Source: Hypanus sabinus
Taxonomy: Eukaryota
Length of the DNA: 64,000 nt
NCBI RefSeq assembly: GCF_030144855.1
Contig: NC_082713.1
Coordinates: 56,420,001-56,484,000, forward strand
Direction of reading: 5' to 3'
The number at the start of each line of letters is the position of its first letter. Position 1 is the first letter of the stretch. The notes under the pieces were generated by a model. It did not search any database and had not been told where the DNA came from. It was given only the letters and a program-made list of their open reading frames with translations. The position numbers were made by a program, and so were the translations under genes. Positions 12,188-23,810 of the stretch are shown piece after piece.

Positions 12188-13239
12188 GTAACTGCGAAGT
12201 TGATCTATCACACTTTGAAAAACAAAGGGCAAAAGCTGCTCGTGAAAAGGCCGCATTCATGTGTGCATCTTGAGACCCCAAGATGTGATTTGCAGTTTAA
12301 CTCTCCGACCAATGTCACATTAATAAGTATAGGGAGGGTAGATTGTAACTCAAAACTGGGCTTTAGTATTTTGCTTGTAGCAATCTTTGTAACACAAAGT
12401 GCGAGGGATGGCTCCATAGGATTTGGTGAATCATTGAAATTTCTACTATTTATAAATGGCTCTTTAATTTTTTTGTTTTTCCCCAAAATTGTCTACTGCG
12501 TAATTCTATGTTTACAATCTGGAACTTCAGTTCTTTTCACCCTTACCACTGCCAACGATTTTCAATTTCGTACGGACAACTTAAAAATGCTTTCCATGGT
12601 TTGACAGCAAGTTACAATACATGCGGTGTGGCATTCCCTGCACTGAGGAGACAGATAACAAAGTTTTCCAAAGCTGTACCACGACCTCCATTTTGTTGTA
12701 TTCTATGCTCCGGTTCATAAAGGCAAGGTTCCCACATAATTTGTTCATTTTATCCACTAGATCTATCATTTTGGATATAAAGTGACCTATATTCCTATAC
12801 ATAAAGATCCTTCTGTTTCTGAATATTCTCTGGGGCCCTGACGTTCGTATTGAAGTCAATTCAGGTCCAAAGTCTGATTTTAGCAAAATGCAAAAGTAAT
12901 TGAAAAGTTCAGATAAATGGACTTAGTGAGTTTTTTTTCTGTGAGGGTAACATGGAAATCAATAAAACCAATAGCTTGCTAATCGTTCTCACCATTCTAA
13001 TGTAAATGTGTAAATTTTACTTGGGCATTGCCAACTTCCAGCAGCAGCAGCGGTGGTAATTAGAATCAACGAAAGCTACACAGCTTCTAAACATCTTTGG
13101 GCAATAAATTGCCCTCACGGTATATGGAACACTTGTATTTGATGTGCGTCCACCACAACTTAGATAGAGAATGGTAGGACTTTGACTAGTATTTTGGAGG
13201 ACTGGCAATGTATTGCTTAAGGCTGGAAGAGAACTTATT

Positions 13240-15270
13240 CATTGTGGAGTTCTCCATACCTGCTCCATCTGGCAAAATGCCTTATCGCCAGACCTCACCA
13301 ACAGGCACCAAGACCTCGCCTGGCTGGTGGTGAGAGGGGCCCTCCCAGTCAGATCCCTCCTGTAGGCCCGGGACGTTGTCTCCACACCCAACCGCCCACG
13401 GGAGGACTGCAGTGAGGAGAAGTCAGTGACCCACCTCTTTGCACACTGTGGGCTAGCGGAGAAGGTGTGGAGGAGGATGGAAGGGACAGTGTCGAGTTTC
13501 ATCCCTTAGATTTTATTATTGGGCGAATAATATTCGTAACCTAACGTATTGGAAACTAGATTTGGACTCACCATTGTGTCCACAGTGGGTAAATTTGGAA
13601 TGTAGTGAGGTAAAGGGATATTCTATGTTCTCAGTTCTTGGCTCTTTTCTTCCTGCTGATTTAGTTAAATTCAATAAACAGATATCTAATCCTGTTGTCA
13701 AACATACACTACGAATTTGGTTTCAATTTCGTAAATTTTCTAATCTGAAAAACTTTGTTCTTGATAGCCCTATTTTATTTTTTTTTCAAACCTTCATTGA
13801 CAGATCAAGCTTTTAGCATATGGAAAAGGAAAGGTATAAAATGTTTTCGTGATCTTTTTTTTGAAGGTACTTTGATGTCTTTTGATCAACTTTCTAACAA
13901 ATTTAAATTACCTAAATCTAATTTTTTTAGATACTTTCAAATTAGAAATTTCTTACACAAAGTTCTTCCATCTTTTCCCAATTCAACTCCATTGGATTTT
14001 TCAGATTTGATTTTCACCTTTAATCCTTGTCAGAAGGGATTAGTAGCTTTTATTTATAACATGATTATGAAGATACAACCAGAAATATCAGATAGAATTA
14101 AACAAGAATGGGAAAAAGAACTTCGATACAATATATCAACAGATAAATGGGAAAAATTTTTGCAAATGGTTAATTCCTCTTCTATATGTGCTAAACATGC
14201 TTTAATACAATTTAAAATTGTACATAGAGCTTATATGTCTAAAGATAAGCTTGCTCGATTCTATTCTCATATCAATCCTCAATGTGACAGATGTCACTTA
14301 GAAGTGGCTTCATTGACCCACATGTTTTGGTCATGTCCCACTTTACATAACTATTGGAAGGACATTTTTGGTGTCATTTCCTCAGTATGGAATATCAATT
14401 TACAACCTCATTTTATTATTGCAATTTTCGATATGCCAAATGAAGATGGTAATCAGTTCTCCCCTTCAATCAGACGACTGATTCCTTTTGTAACATTAAT
14501 TGCCAGAAGGTCTATATTACAAAACTGGAAAGAAGTAAATCCTCCTATCACATCTCAGTGGTTTTCTCAAACTATTTCTTATCTGAGTTTGGAAAAAATT
14601 AGAAGCACTATTTTTGACTCATCAATTAAATTTGAAGAAACCTGGGGACCGTTCATTCGACATTTTCATATGAATTAATTTGGCCTTTTTCAGATCCTTT
14701 CTCTACTTATCCTTGTTCAGGTATGGAGTTCCGGAGTTTTTTCTTGACACTATCACATACTTATAAACTGTTATTATTGCCCATGTTAGTTTAGTTTAGT
14801 ATTTTTTTCAATATATATTTTCTTTTATATATTTTCAAATTTTTTTCTCTTTTGATGATTATTTTTTTTCATATATATTTATATAGACTTGATTGATTAA
14901 TGTACCTTTTGTTGGTTGATGTTTAATAGGATATTATTATCCTATTACTAATGTAATTTCAAGTCTATTGAATTTATAATCTATTCATTATTATGCTATG
15001 TTTTTTCTTATATATATATGAAATTTAATAAAAAGATTGAAAAAGAAAAAAAGAAAGAGTTTCATCCCCAGCAGCTGCGTAACAGAGGACTCTGATCTAC
15101 GGGCTGTTCCTGGGGACAGACACGGAGACCAGCATCCGGTGCTGCTGGCAGATCATCAACTCGGTGAAAGACGCTCTTTGGTCGGCCCGAAACTCGAAAT
15201 TTGTGATGTTAGGGGTCTCAGGTTTTGGGAATGTAGCATTGCGGTAACAGTATACCTCTGATTAAGGAAG
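13240..15270 (+). mobile_element. Tx1-like LINE 3' fragment, split by a younger L1 insertion
   Basis: The frame HQDLAWLVVRGALPVRS...HLFAHC...VSSFIP|SSCVTEDS continues across the insertion (zf-RVT-type C-terminus). Confidence 0.7.
13506..15056 (+). mobile_element. 5'-truncated L1-clade LINE (second family) with 12-bp TSD
   Basis: ORF 13755-14678 has the CDRC..H...C finger. AATAAA at ~15027, A-rich tail, TSD GAGTTTCATCCC at 13494-13505 and 15057-15068. Confidence 0.92.
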
Positions 15271-16444
15271 TGCTGGAGTTTATGTAATGGTAGGGTGAGA
15301 AATGTGCCAAGATGTGAGGTTAACAATTTTTTTGATGAATACAATTCACCTGCTGCAGGTGTCCCTTTAATGTCTCATTTTGGGCTATTTGTCTCACACT
15401 CCATATTAAGAGGACTTGATAAAGGCTGTCAGCCTGAAACATCAGCTGTTTATTCCCCTCCATTGATGCTGCCTGACTAGTTGAGTTCCTCCAGCATTTG
15501 TGTATGTTCCTAAAACAATGAATCTGTATCTTCAGGCTCCTGTACCTCCTACCTGATGGAAGTAACACAAGCAGGTACCACCCCTTAGAGATGTCCTCCA
15601 TGGCAGGGAGGGTTGTGCCCATGATGGTACTGGCTGAGCCTGCAGCTCTCTGCAACTTCTTGCAATCCTGTACATTTGATGGCTTCACACCATGCTGTGA
15701 TGCAACCAATTAGAATGCTCTCCATCATAAATCTGTAGAAATTTGCAAGAGATGTTGGTGACAAAGCAAATCTCCTCTATCTCCTTTTAGAGTAGAGCCA
15801 CTGGGATGCCTTCTTTGCGAATGTAACAATGTATTCTTGCTACTTTCAGTGCTTCATCCACTGTCGTACAACATGGCTAAGTACATATTGGCGGCAGTAA
15901 GACTGGCTAAGACAGATTGAATATTTGTTTTGGTTTCCATGCCCACAATTAACTTGATGACATGAGACTTCATACTGTTTGGAATTAATGTTGATGACTA
16001 CCTCCACATACTATATTACTGTGTCTTTGCCTCTGTCCATTCTTTATGACAGGATATGCCCAACAATTATAATGGAGATACATGGACACCAGCTGCAAAA
16101 TATAATTCTGTATGATTATATCATACAATTGCTAACTTATAGCTCCCAATTGAATCAGTTGCCCTTAAATTTTGTGACAAGAACTTTGCATGGTCTTCCA
16201 AGCTGTAATTGGCTTTGTAGTGTCAGGATCTGGTGCCCAGGTGGTCTATCCAGTTTTACCTTCACTGTTTCAGCACTTTATTTTTTGATGTCTTTACATG
16301 TGCATAAGGTGTTTAATATTCTTGGATGGCAGATATTTTCCAAGAGGATCAGCCTTTCAGAAGGGTCAAAGGAAATGAGATAATTGTATTAAAAATAGAA
16401 AATATTATGAACGACTGCTTTTTTTTTTCCCTCTCAGGTCCATA

Positions 16445-16502
16445 ATGTCTACCAAAGATCCCTGCCAAAAGCAAGCCTGTGAAATACAGAAGTGTCTCCA
16501 AG
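16445..16502 (+). CDS. CMC4: CMC4 (CX9C motif-containing 4, p8MTCP1) first coding exon: MSTKDPCQKQACEIQKCLQ
   Basis: Long pyrimidine tract and cag acceptor at 16437, ATG at 16445, donor G|GTGAAG. Matches human KDPCQKQACEIQKCLQ. Confidence 0.96.
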
Positions 16503-17261
16503 GTGAAGTTCAATGTTCCCTTTTCTTTTGAAATGCTTTACTCACATCAGCCTGTCATTCATTTTATTCTCTCTTACCTATCATACATGACTTTATTATG
16601 CAGCTGTTTAATCTCATTAAGATCAATGGTAATGCATTATGCTTTTATTAAACACCCACTCGTGGGTATTGAAAGAATTTAATCTCTAATACAACTTGTA
16701 AATGACAGAAAATAATTTCAGTAATGCAATGTTCCTTGGTCAGATGTGGCTTACCTTTCAGCATTGGTTAAAAACTTCTGTAGCATTATTCATGACCTTA
16801 CAGAAATGTTTGCCCGAACAACTTATTAGTGAAGTGGAGAATTCAACACACCCATATTCTGAATAGGATTTTAGGTTACATTTAAAAAGTAAAAACTGGA
16901 TCTTCTAGGCCTAACTGTATCCTCACTAATTTCAACAATTACTTTTTTCAGATTCAATCCTTTTCTAGACACAACTCAATGTATTAAAAAAGAACAAACT
17001 GTCACATAGTATTTATAAGAAAGCTGATTACTTGAGACTGCCAGAGCCATCATGACAAAAAGGTAATCTTAGGGCTGCAGTTTCAGCATCATCCATTCAC
17101 TTTTGCAGGGATTACACTCGTAATCAATAGTAACTTAATAAAACATGATTTGCCAATAACTTTCTTTTCCTCAGTTGGCATCCATGGGGATCTCCTGCGA
17201 GGAAAGGAAACTGGATGAACATGTAGAATCACAGAAATTTTATTTTATGCTTCTTTTACAG

Positions 17262-17383
17262 CTCATCATTATCAAGAAAGCAAATGCCAACATGTGATCC
17301 AAGATATGCACGAGTGCTGTAAGATACATGCAAAGACATCAGTTTGCTGTTCAGGTTTTTTAAAAGAAGAAAAGAAAAGCTGA
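17262..17383 (+). CDS. CMC4: CMC4 last coding exon: (A)HHYQESKCQHVIQDMHECCKIHAKTSVCCSGFLKEEKKS*
   Basis: ttcttttacag acceptor, phase 1 join in frame, second CX9C (C28-C38), TGA at 17381-17383. Protein is 59 aa. Possible ATTAAA polyA signal at ~17573. Confidence 0.95.
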
Positions 17384-17956
17384 AATCTAATCATTGCCTG
17401 CAAATGCTACACTCTGATCTCATCTTTTCAGATTGTCAGTACAGCAGGAAAAAAGTCACAATAACTTGATCACCCAGGAATGGCAAGAGAGTGCAGAGAT
17501 ATCCTGAAATTTACTCCAAGACAAATATCAATTACTAATTTCTTGCCACCTTGTATGTTTATTTAATTATGTATTAAAATTTTACGTCAGCCATCTGGCT
17601 ACCAACTATGCATTAATTCTTGGTAAGCCATCATTAATGGTATTGCATGTGCAGCTCATTGGAGCAGCAACTAATGCCCTAGCTTCCTTCCACAGTCAGG
17701 GTTTCTTTAATTGGATATCCTAAATAGCCAGTGACGGGAACGGGTAGATCTAGCTGAAGAGGGGTGACAGACAAATAGTGAGGAGGTTGGGAAGTCATTG
17801 GAGGAAAAAAAGGGGTCCAGATGATAGAATCTGCTAGGAAAGGAAGGAGAACATGGAACCAAATAAGGGTAATGAACTGGGCAGGGGAGGGAATCTAGTG
17901 GTAGGGGAGCAGTAGGAACTGGATAGACAGGAGCAAGTTATTTCAATTGATGAATT

Positions 17957-20900
17957 AGAGTCATAGAATACTACAGCACAGAAACAGGCCCTTCAGCCCA
18001 TCTAGTCTGTGCTGAACTATTAATCTGCCTACTCCCATCGACCTGCTCCATACCCTGCCCAAACCTGTACCTATCCAAATTTCTCTTAAATGTTGAAATT
18101 GAACCCATAGCCACCATTTTGCTGGCAGCTCATTTCATATTCTCACCACATTCCGAGTGAAGAGGATCACCTTCATATTCCCCTTAAACATTTCAACCTT
18201 TCTCACTTAAACAATGACTTCCAGTTCTAATCTCACCCAACCTCAGTGGCAAAAGCTTACTTGCATTTAACAAATTTATACCCCTCATGATTTAGGATAC
18301 CTCTATCAAATCTCCCCCGATTCTCCTGTGCTCCAGGGAATAAAGTCCAAACTTATTTAACTTTTCCCTTTAACTCAGTTCAAGTCCTGGCAAAATCCTT
18401 GCAAATTTTCTCTGCACTATTTCAATCTCATTGACATATTTCTTGTAGGTAAATGGCCAAAAACTGCACACAGTACTCCAGGTTAGACCTCTCCAACGTC
18501 TTGTACAAATGCAACATAATATCCCGACTCATATACTCAACATTTTATGAAGGCCAGGTGTGCTAACAGCTTTCTTTATGACCCTATCTACCTGTGATGC
18601 TACTTTCAAGGAATTAAGGATCTATATTCCCAGATCCCTTTGTTGTACCATACTCCTCTGCCCTATCATGTAAGTACTACCCTAGTTTGTCCTCCCAAAG
18701 TGCAACACCTCACACTTGTCTGCACTAAATTACATCTGGTATTTTTCAGCCCATTTTACCAGTTAGTTCAGATCCTGCTGCAAATCTCCCTTGCTGTCTA
18801 CTACATCCCCAATGATGATGTCAAAATTTGCTTTTGCAGTGAACACATTATCGTACAGATCATCAATATAGATGACAACAACAGACCCAGCACTGATTGC
18901 TGCAGCACGCTGTTAGTCTCAAAGCTCAAGTCAGAGAGGCAACCATTACTACCACTCTCTGGCTTCTCCCACGAAGCCAATGTCTAATCCATTTTACTAC
19001 CGCATCCTGGAAGTCAAATGACCTTAATTTCCATGCAAACTGCCATGCGGGACCTTATCAAAGACCTTGCTAAAGTGCATGTGGACAACATCCACTGCTT
19101 CTTCCCCTCTGCCATCTGATTTCTGAATGGACATTGAACCCATGAACACTACTTCACTATTTTTTAATTTCTAGTTTTTGCACTTATTTAATATAATTAT
19201 TACATATATATTCTTACTGTAATTCAGTTTCTTTTCTCGCTATTATGTATTGCATTGTGCTGCTAATGCAAAGTTAACTAACTTCACGACATATGCCAGT
19301 GATATTAAACCCGATTCTGATTATTGTCCTTCATCAACTTTCCTGGTAACCTCCTCGAAAAACTCGATAAGATTGGTTAAACGCAAACGTCCCATCCACT
19401 AAGCCACGTTGACAATTCATAATCAGTCCCCGTCTATCCAAATACTTATATATCCAGTCCCTTAGAATATCTTCCAATAACTTACCTACTACTGATGTCA
19501 AGCTCACTGGCATTTAATTTCCTGGTTTATTCTTAGAGCCTTTAGTAAAAAAAAGGGAACAACATTAGCTGTCCTCCAATCCTTCAGCACCTCACCTGTG
19601 GTTAAAGACGTTTAAAAAGAGCCCCTGCAATTTCTGCACTAGTCTCCCATGGGGTCTGAGGTAACACCTCTGGGAATTTATCAACACTAATTTTCCTCAA
19701 AACAGTAAACACCTCAAGACAACAAATACTTGATCTCCTATTAGTGAATGAGACGGGACAGTTGACAGAAGTTTGTGTAGGGAACACTTTGCATCTAGTG
19801 ATCATATTGCCATTAGGTTTAGGGTAATTATAATAAAGGATGGGTCTGGTCCTCTGGTTGGAGAAAGGCTAATTTTGATGGTATCACGAAAGATCTGGCA
19901 AGTGTGAATTGAGACAGGCTGTTTTCTGGGAAAGGTGTACTTGATAAGAATGAGGCCCTCTATATGGTGTTAGAATAAAAGGCAGGTTTAGGGAACCTTG
20001 GTTTTTGAGAGATATTGAAGCTCTAGTTAAAAAGAAAGGAGTTACATAGCAGATATAGGCAGGTGGGAACAAATGTACTTGAGGTGTATAAGAAATGCAA
20101 GAGAACTCTTAAGAAAGAAGTCAGGAAAGCTAAAAGTAGGCATGAGGTTGCTTTACCAGGCAAGGTGAAGAAGAATCCTAAGGGCTTAAGGGCCAAAGGA
20201 TTTCGAGGGACAAAATTTGTTCTCTGGATTATCAGAATGATAATCTATGCATGGATCCAAAAGAAATGGGGGAGATCTTAAATAGATTTTTTTGCTTTGG
20301 TATTTACTCAGAAGACAAACTTAGAGTCTATAGAAGTGAAGCAAAGCAGCAGGGAGGTCATGGATGCCATAGATTACAGAGGAGGAGGTGTTTGCTGTCT
20401 TGAGGCAAATTAGGGTGGACAGGTGAAGGTGTACCCTTTGACTCCGTGGGAGACAAGAGCAGAAATTGCAGGGGCCCTAGCTGGGATATTTAAATCATCC
20501 TTAGCAACAGGTGAGGTTCTGGACAAATGTTGTTCCACTGTTTAAGAAAGGCTCTAAGAAGAAAGTAGAAAGTTATAAGCCTGACACCAGTAGTGGGAAA
20601 GTTATGTGAAGATATTCTAAGAGACTGGATATATGAGTATTTGGATAGTAAGGGATTGAGTCAGCATGGCTTTGTATATGGTAGGTCATGTTTAACCAAT
20701 CTTGTAAAATTTTTGAGGAAGTTACCAGGAAAGTTGATGAAGGCAAGGCAGTGGATCTTATCTACATGGACTTCAGCAAGGCATTTGATTAGGTCTGGCA
20801 TGGGAGGTTGGTCGAGAAGGTTCAGTTGATTGGCATTCAAGATGAAGTAGTAAATTGGGCAAACTAGAGGTCATCGGTTAAGGGTGAAACATTTAAGGGG

Positions 20901-23050
20901 AACATGAGGGGAAACTACTCACTCAGAGAGTGTGGTACGAGCTGCCTGTGCAAGTGGTGGATGTGATTTTGATTTCAATGTTTAAAGAAGTTTGGATAGG
21001 TACATGGATGGGAGTGGTATGGTGTGCTATAGTCAAGGTGCAGATCAATGGGACTAGCAGTGGGCTGAAGGGCCTGTTTCTGCGCTGTGGTTTTCTATAA
21101 CTATTACTTCCTCCTCTGTATATCATTCATGACTTTGTGGCTGCTCTGCCTCACTTCTATAGACTGTCCATCTCTCAAATAAATACAGATGCACAATATA
21201 TATATATTTATCTTCCCCCGTCTCTTTTGGCTTGACACACAAATTACCACTCTGATCTTCCAGTTTTGTCCCTCACCATCCTTTTTCTTTTAATGTATCT
21301 GTTGAAACCCTTGGGACTCTCCTTCACCATGTTTGCTAGAGCAACCTCGTGTTTTCTTTTAGCCCTGATTTCTCTTCCTGAAGTGCTTATTTGCATTTCT
21401 TATACTCCTCGAGCACCTCATTTGCTCCTCCCTGTTTTTCTAACCAGGGGCCTTAATGTGTTTTGAAAACCCAAGTTCTCTGAACCTGCTTTGATTGCCT
21501 GACAGGAACATACAGACTCTGTACTCTCAAATTTTCACATTTGAAGGCCTCCAACTTATCAAACATACCTTTGTCAGAAAACAACCTGTCCCAATCCACA
21601 CTTGCCAGATCCCTTCTGATATCATCAAAATTGGCCTTTCTCCTATTTAAAATCACAACCCACCAATCAGACCTATCTTTCTTCATAATTATCTTGAGAC
21701 AAATGTCATTATGATCACTAGATGCAAAGTATTCCCCAATACAAACTTCTGTCACATGCCTTCTCTAGTTGGAACCTTTATGTACTGATTAAGAAACTTT
21801 CCTGAACACATTTGACAAACTCTATTCCATCCAGCCCTTTTACAGTATGGGAGTCTCAGTCAGTATGTAGAAAGATAAAATCACTTGCTATTGCAACCTT
21901 CTGTTTCTTGAAACAGCCTGCAATCTCTAAAAATTTGCTCACTAAATCCCCTGGCCTGTTAGGTGGTCTGTAAAATAATCCCATTGACATGGTCATCCTT
22001 TTATTCCTCAGCTCTACCCGTATAGCCTCAGTAAATAAGTTTTCCAGTCTGTCCTGTCTAAGCACTGCCATGACATTTTCCCTTAGAAGTAATGCCACTC
22101 CTACCCCCTTTAATCACTCATGCTCTATCACATTTTAAAAAATGGAACCATAGGACACTGAGCTGCCAGTCCTGCCCCTTCTGCAACCAAGTCTCACTAA
22201 TGGCTACAATGTCATAATTCCATGCGCTGGATCCATGCCCTAAGCTCAGCTGCCTTTCTTGCAATACAATGTGTATATTTCAATGCAGAGATGCAAGAAA
22301 GGCAGATGAGCTTAATCCCACCCTGCTCAACCTTTCAATTCCTGACTTTGTATGTAGACTTAACATATTTTCTCACAACCACCCCACTATCTATTCTGGT
22401 ACACTGGTTCCCAACCCCCTTCAACTCTAGTTTAAACCCCCCCCCCCCACCACCACCGTGCAGCACTAGCAAACTTTCACACCTGAATATTGGTGGCCCT
22501 CCAGTTCAGGTGCAAACCATCCCTTCTGTATAGGTCCCACCTTCCTTGGAAAAGAGCTCAATGATTCAAACATCTGAACCCCTCTCTCATACACCAATTC
22601 CTTAGTCACGCATAAGTCTGTATACTCTTCCTATTTCTGACCTCACTAGCATGTGGCATAGGTAGCAATCATGAGATCAGAATCCTGGAGGTCCTGTCCT
22701 TTAACTGAGCACCTAAGTCCCTAAACTCACTTTGCAGGACTCCATTACCATTCCTACCAATGTCACTGGTGTCAACTTGGACAGGCTGCTTACCCTCCCA
22801 CTCAAGATGACACTGACCCTGACATCTGGGAGGCAACATACCATACAGGAATCTCATTCTTGTCCACAGCATGTTCTGTCTGTTCCCAAACCGATGAATC
22901 CCCTATCACTCCAGCTCACCTCTTCTCACACTTCCCTTCTGACCACAGAGACCTGACAACTGTGGCTTTCCTCTGCTAGATCATCCCTTGCAGCAGTATT
23001 CGAAGTGGTCCCTCTGTTGTTGAGGGGAATAGCCACAGGGATACTCATTG
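17957..23050 (-). mobile_element. Degenerate long CR1 LINE with nested insertions (Rex1-like tail ~19100-19320 and a + strand CR1 ~19720-21100)
   Basis: CR1 3' end at 17957, RT remnants at 18.3-19.7 kb, EN remnants (ORFs 21453-21755 and 21856-22098), ORF1 esterase remnant at 22669-22872. Confidence 0.75.
19720..21100 (+). mobile_element. CR1 LINE fragment nested in the minus-strand CR1
   Basis: SQHGFVYGRSCLTNL remnant (ORF 20593-20829) and a CR1 3' end near 21060-21100. Confidence 0.72.
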
Positions 23051-23384
23051 CTCATGCTGTCAAGTTATAGACTGTCTAAGCAGAACTCCAGTGATTAATG
23101 TCTGTTGTCCATTTTTATAAATGGGTTATGGAACTTTGAATGACTTTATTTATATTACACTAATTTAGTGATGTCAGAAAATCATTTTAAATGTTACTAG
23201 TTCTACCAAAGGAAGCGAAGACATGTGCAGCACGATAACTTCCAAAGATATATGCATGTACCTGTTAGTAAGTTAATTGGTCATTGTAAATTGTCCTGAT
23301 TAGGCCAGGGTTAAATAGGTGGGTTGCTGGGTGGTGCAGCTCATTGGCTGAAAGGGCCTGTTCTAAACTAACTAAATAAATAAA

Positions 23385-23810
23385 TATTGCTTTAGAACAA
23401 GGATGTTACAGGCCTTGAGGACCCGAGTTATAAGGAGAGGCTGAATATGTTAGGACTTTTTTTTCCCTTGGAGCAAAGAAGAATAAAGGAAGATTTGCTA
23501 GAGGTATACAAAATTTTAAGGGGTATAGATAGGGTAGATGCACACAAGCTTTTTTCCACGAGTTTGGGTGAAGCTAGCACTAGAGGTCATAGATTAAGGT
23601 TGAAAGGATAAATATTTAAGGAGTACCTAAAGGGTAGTGTGAATGTGGAATGAGTTACCAGTGGATGCAGGTTTAATTGCAACACTTAAGAGAAGTTTGG
23701 ATAAGTATATGGATGGGTCCAGGCACAGGTCAATGGGCCCATGTAGATTAACAGATCAACTCAGACTAGATGGGTTCAATGACCTGTTACTTTAGTGCTT
23801 TATGACACTA
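23385..23810 (+). mobile_element. CR1 3' fragment preceded by a SINE remnant (~23240-23385)
   Basis: CR1 C-terminal coding remnant and 3' tail. The SINE remnant ends in (TAAA)n. Confidence 0.55.

Larger units (their letters stand above)
11480..12250. promoter_or_regulatory. CpG-rich bidirectional promoter shared by BRCC3 (-) and CMC4 (+)
   Basis: Marked CpG/GC enrichment against an AT-rich background, containing BRCC3 exon 1 and a + strand donor GAG|GTAACT at 12187/12188. Head-to-head arrangement as in human. Confidence 0.75.

Noticed and set aside
15979-16383. 134-aa + strand ORF in CMC4 intron 1 as a possible MTCP1
   Set aside because: Non-ATG start, no TCL1-family motifs, no convincing splice boundaries.
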